Shown piece by piece: positions 1 through 9,059 of a DNA stretch of 64,000 nucleotides; within the stretch, counting starts at the first letter, position 1; each line of letters begins with the position of its first letter. The translations under genes and the position numbers were made by a program. A model generated the notes under the pieces. That model was not told where the DNA came from. It searched no databases and was given only the letters and a program-made list of their open reading frames with translations. Location: positions 2,692,838-2,756,837 of the forward strand of contig CAWHFW010000005.1 in the NCBI GenBank assembly GCA_963828735.1, written 5' to 3'. The stretch comes from an uncultured Gemmatimonadales bacterium (GTDB lineage: Bacteria > Gemmatimonadota > Gemmatimonadetes > Gemmatimonadales > GWC2-71-9).

Positions 1-2
1 GC

Positions 3-872
3 GGCCGTGGCCGCGGTGGAACGAGTCACCGGCCTCGTGCCCTTGCCCGCCAGCGCCTCGGCGAACTCCGCCGCGGTGCCGAACCGGTCCGCCGGGAGCT
101 TCTCGAGCGCGGTGAGCACCGCCGCCTCGACCTCGGGCGGGATCGTGTGGCGCTGGGGCAGGATCGGGCGCGGCGTCTCGGTGAGCACACGCGCCACGAC
201 CGCCTGCGCCGTCGAGCCCGTGAAAGGCGGATCGCCGGTGAGCATCTCGTAGAGCACGACGCCCAGTGCGTAGACGTCGGACCGGGCGGTGATCTCGCGC
301 TCGCCCATCGCCTGCTCGGGGGACATGTAGTGCGGCGTGCCCAGCGACATGCCGGTCTCGGTCATCCGGTTGCCGCCGGCCTTGCTCGCGGCGAGCGCGA
401 TGCCGAAGTCGGCCACCAGCGCGCGGCCATCGTGCAGCAGGATGTTCTCGGGCTTGATGTCGCGGTGGACCACGCCGTGCCGGTGGGCGTAGTCGAGCGC
501 CGAGGCCACCTCGGTGGCGATCCGCACCGCCTCGGCGACAGGCAGCTGCTTCTCCCGGTTGAGCCGGCTCCGGAGCGATTCCCCTTCGACGAACGGCATG
601 ACGTAGAAGAGGTGGGAGTCCGCCTCCCCGGAATCGAACAGCGGGAGAATGTGCGGGTGCTGGAGATTGGCGGTGAGCTTGATCTCGGCCAGGAACCGCT
701 CGGCGCCGATGACGGCGGAGAGCTCCGGCCGCAGGAGCTTGAGGGCGACCTTGCGGTCGTGCCGCAGGTCCTGGGCGAGGTACACGGTCGCCATCCCGCC
801 GGCGCCGATCTCACCTTCGATCCGATACCGGTCGGCGAGCGCAAGCTGGAGCCGGTTGAGCAGCTCGGGCAT
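3..872 (-). CDS. Hanks-type Ser/Thr protein kinase, N-terminal part (runs off the left edge of the window)
   Basis: Minus-strand ATG at 872 reads MPELLNRLQLALADRYRIEGEIGAGGMATVY...HRDIKPEN...DFG...GTPHYMSPE. It is a close paralog of 2026-4698. It is absent from the ORF track because no stop falls inside the window. Confidence 0.92.
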   Translation of the reverse strand, partial: MPELLNRLQLALADRYRIEGEIGAGGMATVYLAQDLRHDRKVALKLLRPELSAVIGAERFLAEIKLTANLQHPHILPLFDSGEADSHLFYVMPFVEGESLRSRLNREKQLPVAEAVRIATEVASALDYAHRHGVVHRDIKPENILLHDGRALVADFGIALAASKAGGNRMTETGMSLGTPHYMSPEQAMGEREITARSDVYALGVVLYEMLTGDPPFTGSTAQAVVARVLTETPRPILPQRHTIPPEVEAAVLTALEKLPADRFGTAAEFAEALAGKGTRPVTRSTAATA

Positions 873-1037
873 GTTTGGGTCTTGGGTTGGGGAGTGCCTG
901 GAAGATGGGCGGGAAGAGGGCGCTAGGCTAGCAGGGGATGGAATCATCCCCTTGCGGTCCTGGTTTCACTGTTTCGATCGCTGACCTAAGGGGCGTCTCC
1001 GGCGACCTGCTTACGTCTTACGAGTTCGCCCCCCCAC

Positions 1038-1946
1038 TCAGTGCACGCCGGTAACTGTGACCGCCTCGGTCACCACCTCGCTCGAGCCCACCGGCACCAC
1101 CAGCGGCATCTGCGGGGTCGTGAAGACGGCGCTCAGTCCGGTCGGCGGCACCAGCGAGAGCTCGTACGTGTCCGGGGCGAGGTACAGCATGTCCGCGGTG
1201 AACACGCCGCCGGACGAGTCGGCCAGGGCAACCGTCGCCAGGGTGTCACCGGCCAGGACCAGCACCGCCGAAAACTCCGTCAGGCTCCTCGTCTGACCGA
1301 AGATGTCGATGAGGGTGACGTCGGTGCCGAGCTGCGTGGAGAGGTGAATGCTCCCGGCGAGCGCCGCGTCGATCCCGGTGACCACGGGATCCAGGACCCA
1401 GCCGCTTCCCGCATTCTTGAAGCTCTGGCCCACATCGAAGTCCACCAGCACACTCTTCTGGGCGGAAGTCAGCTGGAGCGCGTCTCCCTGTGTTGCCACC
1501 TTGACTCCCGCCGCCTCCAGGCTGGCCAGGAGCGTGCCCTCCGCCGGGCCGCCGCACGGCGTGCCGTCGTAGCCGGTTGTGGCGTACACGGTGCTCCCGC
1601 GGGTCCCGTTGTCCACCGCGATGCACGCGCCCGTGATCTTGAGGCGCAGCTCCTGGTAGTTGCCCGATGCGACCTCGGCGCCCTGCACCAGCGGGGCGGC
1701 GGAGGCGGCCAGCGTGAGCAGGTCCTCCGTCACCGGCGTTCCGGAGATGACCTGCACGCCGTCCGCGTTGACGAGGTCCACCTCGCCGATGGTGACCACG
1801 GCATGCTGCAGGTCGCCGGGCGCGTCCCGGAGCAGGACGGAGAACGAGATCGTATTGCTGGGGCTGCCGCCGCCGTCGCCGCAGGCGGCGAGGGCGGTGG
1901 CGATCGCGACGAGGGCGGCCAGCCTGGACGTGGCCAGGGTACGCAT
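1038..1946 (-). CDS. DUF4382-like lipoprotein
   Basis: Lipobox ALAAC, followed by LRDAPG, DLLTL, YQELRL and LVDFDVGQSF motifs typical of DUF4382 proteins (recognised from memory). Confidence 0.72.
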   Translation of the reverse strand: MRTLATSRLAALVAIATALAACGDGGGSPSNTISFSVLLRDAPGDLQHAVVTIGEVDLVNADGVQVISGTPVTEDLLTLAASAAPLVQGAEVASGNYQELRLKITGACIAVDNGTRGSTVYATTGYDGTPCGGPAEGTLLASLEAAGVKVATQGDALQLTSAQKSVLVDFDVGQSFKNAGSGWVLDPVVTGIDAALAGSIHLSTQLGTDVTLIDIFGQTRSLTEFSAVLVLAGDTLATVALADSSGGVFTADMLYLAPDTYELSLVPPTGLSAVFTTPQMPLVVPVGSSEVVTEAVTVTGVH

Positions 1947-2025
1947 GCGTGCTCCCGAAGAGGGAATGGGTACCGCTCCGTTAATAATGAAGCGGCCAGG
2001 CCAATCCGCTACGCCTGGAGGGCTG

Positions 2026-4698
2026 CTACTGCCCGCCCGCCTGCAGCCGCTGGCGGAGCTCGGTCCGCCAGTTCGGCACGACGACCAGCGGGTAGGTCGC
2101 GGACGCCAAGCTCGGGCTCACGATCCGGGAACCGTCCCGGCTGACGTCGAAGTTGGCCTGGCCGAACCCGGTGGCGGCGCTGAGGATGTTGGCAAAGGCG
2201 GTGTCTCGCGAGATCACTCGCAACCCGGGGGAGGTCGCGAGCCGCGCTTCGATGACGGCCGGTCCCGAGACGTAGTAGAGCCGGGTGCCGTCCGCCGACC
2301 AGGCGGGCCCGGCGCCGCCACCTACCGAGATCTGGACCTTGATGCCCGGATCCGGATACGAGCGGACGTAAATCTCGAACCGCCCGGATTCGTTGGTCGC
2401 GAGGGCGGCCCATCGCCCGTCCGGCGATATGCGCGGCGTAACGTCGTTGGGCCCCGTCGCGCTGTACATGCTGAGCGCCCGGTTCGAGTCCAACGACACC
2501 CGCTGAATCGTCCACGCTGTATTGAGGATGCTCTGCACCAGCAGGGACCGGCCGTCCGGCGCCAGATCGACGATCGGGCTCAGCACGGGCACATCGACCA
2601 GCTTCTCCGGCGCGGTCGCGCCCCCGACGGACTGGACCCAGATGGCATCCTTGGGTCCGCTGCCCGGTGCAGAGTACACGATCCGTTCCCCGTCGTGGGT
2701 CCATCCAAAGGACGTGAGGGTGCCCGCGGAGGTGAGCCGGGAGAGCGTCGCCGTCGCGATGTCGTAGATCCACACGTCCGCTTTGGATCGTTCTCCGATC
2801 AGGACGGCGATGCGGCGACCATCCGGCGACAGCCGCGGGCTGGAGAAGGCGCGCGCCTCACGCGTGATCGGGTGCGACCCGCCGGACCGATCGATCCAGG
2901 TCAGCTGCGAGTGGGGGCCTTCCAGGCCCGAGACCAGCGCTCCTCCGGAGGAGATGAAGACGCCGGAGTTGCCGTTGAGCGCCGACTCGACCGAGACCGG
3001 GTCGAGCACGGGCACGGGCTTCCCCATGACCTTCCGCCGCGACAGATCGATCGGCACGGCCATCACGGCACCGTCCGCCTGGACGTAGACCAGCGCGCCA
3101 TCGATCACCGCCAGCGGCCTGATACCCTTGATGTCGAGCCGGGTGACGGCGCCGTCCTCCAGCGAGGCGATCGCCAGCCTGGACCGGCCCAGCGCGCCCG
3201 ACCAGATCGTGAACACGACGCCGCGGCCGTCCGGCAGCGCGATCGGCCAGTCGTGCTCCCGCTCACCCTTCGCGGTGTCGGGCTGTGTGAACTCGGTCAG
3301 CTCGCCGCCCGCGACGCTTACCCTCATCAGCCCGGGGTGGCTTCGGGTGGACCCAGTGACCAGCTCCCCCTTGGTTGTCCAGTCCGCACCGTTGCTGGCG
3401 CCGCCATCGGCGATCGTGACCGGGGCGCTGCCGTCGAGCCGGACCTTCCTCTCCTTGCCCGCCACCTCGAACGCCACCCAGCGGCCGTCCGGCGAGAACA
3501 GCGGTTGGGTCGCCGCCTCGGTGCCGGGGATCGGGTGGCCCTCGAGCTGATCGGAGCGGCGCGCGTACAGCATCTGGCTGCCTCGTTGCCGGACGCTATA
3601 CACCAGGGTGCCGCCGTCCGGCGAGATCGCTGCGGGCCACGGGTAGTTGTCGACGACGGGCGCGCTGTCCGAGCCCGCGAACACGAAGCGGAGCGGGGGC
3701 AGCTCGGCGCGGGGCGCCGGTGGGCGGCCGCGCAGCGCGGCGAAGCCGATCGCGACGAGGAGCGCAGCGGCGAGCGCGAGGACGATGGGGTCGCGAAGGC
3801 GGGAGCGGATCGCGATTCCCCGACCGGCGGTCGCCGGGGCGGCGGCCGTCACCCGGCGCGTGGTCGTCGGGCTCGCCAGCGCCTGCGCGAACTCCGCCGC
3901 CGTGCCGAACCGATCGGCCGGGAGCTTCTCGAGCGCCGTGAGCACCGCCGCCTCGACCTCAGGCGGGATGGTGTGACGCTGGGGCAGCAGCGGACGCGGG
4001 GCTTCGGTCACCACCCGCGCGACGATGGCCTGCGCCGTCGACCCGGTGAACGGCGGGTCGCCGGTGAGCATCTCGTAGAGCACCGCGCCGAGGGCGTAGA
4101 CGTCCGAGCGCGCCGTTATCTCGCGCTCGCCCATCGCCTGTTCGGGGGACATGTAGTGCGGCGTGCCGAGCGACATGCCCGTCTCGGTCATCCGGGTGCC
4201 GCTCGCCTTGCTCGCGGCGAGCGCGATGCCGAAGTCCGCCACGAGGGCCCGGCCGTCGTGCAGCAGGATGTTCTCGGGCTTGATGTCGCGATGGATGACG
4301 CCGTGGCGATGCGCGTAGTCCAGCGCCGAGGCGACTTCGCTTGCGACCCGGATCGCGTCGGCCACGGGCAGCTGCTTCTCCCGGTTGAGCCGGTCGCGCA
4401 GCGACTCGCCCTCGACGAAGGGCATGACGTAGAACAGGAAGGAGTCGGCTTCGCCCGAGTCGAACAGCGGGAGGATGTGCGGGTGCTGGAGATTGGCGGT
4501 GAGCTTGATCTCGGCCAGGAAGCGCTCGGCGCCGATCACGGCGGCGAGCTCGGGGCGCAGCAGCTTGAGGGCGACCTTGCGGTCGTGCCTCAGGTCCTGG
4601 GCGAGGTACACGGTCGCCATCCCGCCCGCGCCGATCTCACCTTCGATCCGGTACCGGTCGGCGAGCGCAACCTGGAGCCGGTAGAGCAGCTCGGGCAT
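2026..4698 (-). CDS. Membrane-anchored Ser/Thr kinase with C-terminal TolB-like (PD40/WD40) beta-propeller
   Basis: GAGGMATVY, VALK, HRDIKPEN, DFG and GTPHYMSPE motifs; hydrophobic segment IVLALAAALLVAIGFAAL; repeated SPDG motifs. Confidence 0.93.
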   Translation of the reverse strand: MPELLYRLQVALADRYRIEGEIGAGGMATVYLAQDLRHDRKVALKLLRPELAAVIGAERFLAEIKLTANLQHPHILPLFDSGEADSFLFYVMPFVEGESLRDRLNREKQLPVADAIRVASEVASALDYAHRHGVIHRDIKPENILLHDGRALVADFGIALAASKASGTRMTETGMSLGTPHYMSPEQAMGEREITARSDVYALGAVLYEMLTGDPPFTGSTAQAIVARVVTEAPRPLLPQRHTIPPEVEAAVLTALEKLPADRFGTAAEFAQALASPTTTRRVTAAAPATAGRGIAIRSRLRDPIVLALAAALLVAIGFAALRGRPPAPRAELPPLRFVFAGSDSAPVVDNYPWPAAISPDGGTLVYSVRQRGSQMLYARRSDQLEGHPIPGTEAATQPLFSPDGRWVAFEVAGKERKVRLDGSAPVTIADGGASNGADWTTKGELVTGSTRSHPGLMRVSVAGGELTEFTQPDTAKGEREHDWPIALPDGRGVVFTIWSGALGRSRLAIASLEDGAVTRLDIKGIRPLAVIDGALVYVQADGAVMAVPIDLSRRKVMGKPVPVLDPVSVESALNGNSGVFISSGGALVSGLEGPHSQLTWIDRSGGSHPITREARAFSSPRLSPDGRRIAVLIGERSKADVWIYDIATATLSRLTSAGTLTSFGWTHDGERIVYSAPGSGPKDAIWVQSVGGATAPEKLVDVPVLSPIVDLAPDGRSLLVQSILNTAWTIQRVSLDSNRALSMYSATGPNDVTPRISPDGRWAALATNESGRFEIYVRSYPDPGIKVQISVGGGAGPAWSADGTRLYYVSGPAVIEARLATSPGLRVISRDTAFANILSAATGFGQANFDVSRDGSRIVSPSLASATYPLVVVPNWRTELRQRLQAGGQ

Positions 4699-4825
4699 GT
4701 CTGGACTTTGCTGGGGAGTGTCTGGAAGATGGGCGCGCGTGGCGTGTTAGTCCATCGCCGTCGCGCGTTGCTTGACGTATCCCGTACCGAAGAGCAGCAT
4801 TCGGCACCCCTTACAAGGCGCCTAC

Positions 4826-5467
4826 ATGTCCGTCCCGGCCAACTGCCGACTCATCGGCAGAGGCATCCCGATCATCGCCGCCGCCGTCACGCTCTGGATC
4901 TGTCCGTGTTCCTCCGCTTCGGCCCAGGGTGAGAAGCAGGTCGCCATCCCAGCCGCGTTGTCTCCCGATCTCGACGCGGCCCGCGCCGCGCTCGAGAAGT
5001 ACCAGGACCCGGTTCTCGCGGTCCATGACGGTTACTTCTCGACCGTCGCGTGCGTGGAGTACACCAAGGGCGGCGAAGGCAGCATGGACTACGTGCCGGG
5101 CGGGATGGGGGTGCACTTCATCAACCTGCAGGCCATCGGGCCGACCCTCGACCCCGCCAAGCCCCAGGTGCTGCTCTACGAGCCCGTCGGCGACAAGCTC
5201 CGCCTGGTCGCGGCCGAGTGGTTCGTGCCGACCAATGTGGCCGGCGCGACGCGTCCCTCGATCTTCGGGCACGAACTGCAGGGACCGATGGAGGGGCACG
5301 AGCCGCTGCAGCCGAAGGGCCTGCACCACTACGACCTGCACGTCTGGTTCTGGAAGAACAACCCGGCCGGTATGTTCTCGCCGACGAATCCGGCGCTCAA
5401 GTGCCCGAAGGGCAGCTACTCGTTCACCGAGCACGCGCCGATGATGGTGGAGGCGGCCGCGCACTGA
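4826..5467 (+). CDS. Secreted hypothetical protein with conserved-looking His motifs
   Basis: ATG at 4826 after an AAGG; signal peptide ending ASA-Q; motifs GGMGVHF, LLYEP, MEGHEP, HYDLHVW, NPAGMFSPTNP. Confidence 0.75.
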   Translation: MSVPANCRLIGRGIPIIAAAVTLWICPCSSASAQGEKQVAIPAALSPDLDAARAALEKYQDPVLAVHDGYFSTVACVEYTKGGEGSMDYVPGGMGVHFINLQAIGPTLDPAKPQVLLYEPVGDKLRLVAAEWFVPTNVAGATRPSIFGHELQGPMEGHEPLQPKGLHHYDLHVWFWKNNPAGMFSPTNPALKCPKGSYSFTEHAPMMVEAAAH

Positions 5468-5488
5468 CCAGCCGAAGGCCTGCGCCCA

Positions 5489-5650
5489 GCGCGGGGGCGC
5501 GCCGGGATAGCTCCCTTCGGGCGCAGTAGCCGCCACACATGCCTGGGGCTGCTACTGGTGGTTGAGGTAGTGGCGGCTACCGGGTACCCGCGAAGCGGGT
5601 GGACGCCCTGCGGGAGCCATCCCGTCGCTTCCCCGCGCCCCCAGCATCGC
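5489..5650. repeat. Long imperfect palindromic intergenic element, copy 1
   Basis: Arms GGGATAGCTCCC (5504-5515)/GGGAGCCATCCC (5612-5623) and GTAGCCGCCAC (5526-5536)/GTGGCGGCTAC (5570-5580). Homologous to 8816-8957. Confidence 0.75.
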
Positions 5651-5791
5651 GAACCACAGCCCGCGCCACCCTCGCGTGCCTCGGCGCGGCGCCCTCCCCG
5701 TACCTAGGCGCGCGGTCGACGACGCTCAGCTACCAGCGACACCACGCCAAGGGTATTTTCCGGCGACTCCCACCCATAGCCCAGGGCTCAC

Positions 5792-8700
5792 GTGTCCGAT
5801 CTGCGCGCGCAGCTCGAAGCCGGCCTGACTGATCAGTATGCCTTGCTCCGCGAGCTCGGCCGCGGCGGCATGGCGACGGTCTTTCTCGCGACCGACCTCA
5901 AGCACGATCGCCCCGTCGCCTTCAAGGTGCTCCATCCCGACCTCGCGCAGTCGCTCGGCCCCGAGCGGTTCCAGCGCGAGATAAGGCTCGCCGCCCGGCT
6001 GCAGCATCCGCACATCCTGACCGTGCACGACTCCGGTGCCACGGCCGGTCATCTCTGGTTCACCATGCCGTTCGTCGAGGGCGAGAGCCTGCGCGACCGG
6101 CTCCGGCGCGAACGGCAGCTCCCGCTCGAGGACGCGCTCCGCATCGCCCGCCAGGCGGCGCAAGCCCTGCACTACGCGCACGAGCACGGCGTGGTCCATC
6201 GCGACATCAAGCCCGAGAACCTGCTGCTCACGAGCGACGGCAACACCCTCGTCGCCGACTTCGGTATCGCGCGGGCCCTCGGCTCGGCGGACGATGACCA
6301 GCTCACCCAGACCGGCATGAGCGTGGGCACCCCGGCCTACATGAGCCCCGAGCAGGCCACCGGCGACCGCGCGCTCGACGCGCGGTCCGACGTCTACAGC
6401 CTGGGCTCGGTGCTGTTCGAGATGCTGGCGGGCGAGCAGCCGTACACCGGTCCCACGATGCAGGCCATTCTGATGAAGCGCCTGTCGGAGCCGGTGCCGC
6501 GGGTCCGGAGCGGGCGGCCGTCGGTGCCGGAGACGGTGGACGCAGCGATCTCCAAGGCCCTCGCGGTGGTGCCCGCCGACCGCTACGCCACCGCTGCCCT
6601 GTTCGCCAAAGCCCTCGATCAAGCCGCCACGATCAGCGGCAGTGCCATGGCGGCGACGACGCCCGTTGGGATTCCCGCTGCCACGACCGTCGCCGCCGAG
6701 CCGCGGCCGGCGCCCGCGTCCCTGCCGCGCTCGAGCCGCCGGCGCCTCGGCGTGGCGCTGGCCGGCGCGGGGCTGCTGGTCGCGGCACTGGTCGGGTGGT
6801 GGGCGCTCCGTCGAGCCCCCGCCGGCCCCGCCTCGGCGAACCACCTCGCCGTTCTGCCGTTCGCCGTCCATGGCGGCGGGCGGCTCGATTTCCTGGCCCA
6901 GGGCATGGTGGACCTGTTGAGCCGAAACCTCGACGGCGCGGGCGACATCCGGAGCGTCAACGGCGCGACCGTCCTGGCCGCGGCGCACGCCGACGGCGGC
7001 GTGGCCGATCTGGAGGAAGGGCGGCGGCTCGCCCGTCGGTTGGGCGCCGGGCTCTACGTGCTCGGCAGCGTGAGCGCGATCGGGAACCAGGTGCGCATCG
7101 AGGCCAGCCTCTACGACGGCGCGCCAGCGCAGCCGGCTATGGTCTCGCAGGCGAGCGTGAGCGGCGACACCACTCAGCTGTTCGAGCTGGTGGACCGGCT
7201 GGCCGGCGACCTCATGGTGCGGCAGGGCCGGGGCGTCGGCTCGCGCCTGCTCCAGACCGCCGCCACCACTACCCAGTCGCTGCCCGCGCTCAAGGCGTAC
7301 CTCGATGCCGAGGGGCAGCTCCGCCGCGGCGGGTTCGACTCGGCGCTGGCCGGCTTCCAGCAGGCCGTTCAGCTCGACAGCACCTTCGCGCTGGCCTACT
7401 ACCGGCTGGCGGTGGCCGCCGCGTGGTCCAGGCACACCGCGCTGATCCGGCCCAATACCGAGCGCGCCGTGCGCCTGGCCGATCGGTTGAGCGAGCGCGA
7501 CCGGCGGCTGCTGGAATCGTTCGCGGCGCTGGCCGACGGCAAGCCCGACGATGCGGAGAACGGCTACCGCGGCATTCTCCAGGACTATCCCGACGACCTC
7601 GAGGCGCAGTGGCAGCTCGCCACCGTGCTCAACGTCTACAATCCGCTGCGCGGGCGCCCGATTGCGGAATCGGCGCCGGTGTTCGACGGAGTGGTGAAGC
7701 TCGACCCCGAGTTTCTCTGCCCCATATGACCCATGATGCACCTCGCCGTGAGCGAGGAGGACATCGCGAAGGCCGAATCGCTGGTCGCCAGGGTGGGGAA
7801 GGACTACGCGGATAGCGCCATGTTCGCGGTGGCCGAGGGCGACAGCGCCCTGGTCGCGCGGCTGCTGCGTGAAGCCCGGGACAGCGCTCACATCGGTTTG
7901 GTGCTCAATGCCGCGTGGCAGGTCGGCGAGTGGCTGGAGCAGCCGGCCGCCGCCGAGCCGTTCGCCCGGGTCGGCGCGGCACGTCCCCAGCTGCCGGCGC
8001 GGCTCAACGCCGCCCTGGCGGAGAACCTGGTCAGCCAGGGGCGCTGGGCGGCGGCGGACAGCGCCTTCCTCCGCGCTGTCGGCACGGCCAACACCCCACT
8101 GCCGCGGCTGGAGCGGGGGATCACGGCGGCGCTCCCCTTCCTGCAGGTGCCGCGGCCGGTGCTCCAGGCCATCAGCGCCGATCTCTCGGCCTGGGACCCG
8201 GCGACGGACCGGTCGTTGGCGGTCGCTGCCGACCCCAGGGCCGCCATGGTGCCCGCGGTCCGCCTCTATGCGCTGGGCCTCCTCGCCGTGCGGCTCGGCG
8301 AGCCGGAGGCGGCGGCGCGCGCCGCGACTCAGCTCGAAGCGCTGCCGGTGTCGGATCAGGGCGCCGGGCCGGCCCGTTCGCTGGCGGCGGCGGTGCGGGC
8401 GGACCTGGCGCTCACCGCGCGCCGCCCGGCCGATGCGTTGACGGCGCTGGCGGGCGTGCGGGGCGCCGTGCCGCTGAGCCTCAGCGGCACGGCGCCGTTC
8501 TCCGAGGACTACGCGCGCTACCTCCGCGGCGAGGCGCTCCTCGCGCTCGGCAAGGACGCCGAGGCCCGACGCTGGCTGGAGAACGGCTTCGGCGGCACGC
8601 CGGACGTCATGACCTTCCGGGTCCCGGTGCTGTTCCGGCTGGGCGACCTCTACGAGCGCGGGGGCGAGCGGCAGAAGGCCATCGACGCATACGCGCGGGT

Positions 8701-8797
8701 CGTGCGGCTCTGGTCGGCCTGCGACGCGCCGCTTCGGCCTGCTGTGGACGATGCACGGGCACGGCTGGCGCGGCTGACGGCGGAGCCGAGGAGCTAG
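5792..8797 (+). CDS. Ser/Thr kinase - TM - TolB-N-like - TPR receptor kinase with one in-frame TGA (7727-7729); candidate selenoprotein (CxxU), 1001 aa if read through
   Basis: ORFs 5792-7729 and 7733-8797 are in the same frame, separated only by TGA-CCC. Kinase motifs GRGGMATV, HRDIKPEN, DFG, GTPAYMSPE; TM LGVALAGAGLLVAALVGWWAL; LAVLPF. TPR-like helices continue across the TGA to a C-terminal LWSACDAPLRP. Confidence 0.75.
7735..7765 (+). promoter_or_regulatory. Candidate bacterial SECIS element
   Basis: Stem CCTCGC (7741-7746)/GCGAGG (7752-7757) with loop CGTGA; lower stem GATG (7735-7738)/CATC (7762-7765). The upper stem starts 11 nt after the TGA. Confidence 0.6.
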
Positions 8798-8815
8798 GTC
8801 GGGCTCCGGCGCTCC

Positions 8816-8957
8816 GGCGCGGGGGAGCGGGACGACTCCCTGCGGGGCGCTGCAGTCGCCGCCACGCATGCGTTGGGCTGCTACTAATTGCGGAGATAGT
8901 GGCGTCGACTGACGCGCCGCTCCGGGAGCCATCCCGCTCCCCCGCGCCCCAGCATCG
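8816..8957. repeat. Long imperfect palindromic intergenic element, copy 2
   Basis: Arms GGCGCGGGGGAGCGGGACGACTCCC/GGGAGCCATCCCGCTCCCCCGCGCC and CAGTCGCCGCCAC/GTGGCGTCGACTG. Shares the core CATGC..GGGCTGCTACT and the tail CCCCAGCATCG with copy 1. Confidence 0.78.
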
Positions 8958-9059
8958 TCGGAATAGTCGGCGGTTCGTGATGGTCGGATGCGCCGCTGTC
9001 TGGCGGAGCCTGGCACTCCGCCCCACCTTTGGGATCGTGAGCTCCGGCCCGAGGGCAAC

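Noticed and set aside
1660..4932. Long antisense or alternate-frame ORFs (for example 1660-4932, 5726-9058, 19710-21833, 48218-50827, 53301-55436)
   Set aside because: These are shadow ORFs of GC-rich genes, Arg/Gly/Ala-rich and without recognisable motifs.
5489..5650. Integron attC site or CRISPR repeat
   Set aside because: No RYYYAAC...GTTRRRY ends, no regular repeat-spacer array, and no intI or cas genes in the window.
7733..8797. Independent 354-aa TPR gene
   Set aside because: It is in frame with the kinase, one codon after the TGA, has no SD or signal peptide, and begins mid-repeat. It is better read as a continuation, though a two-gene or nonsense-mutation reading is not excluded.
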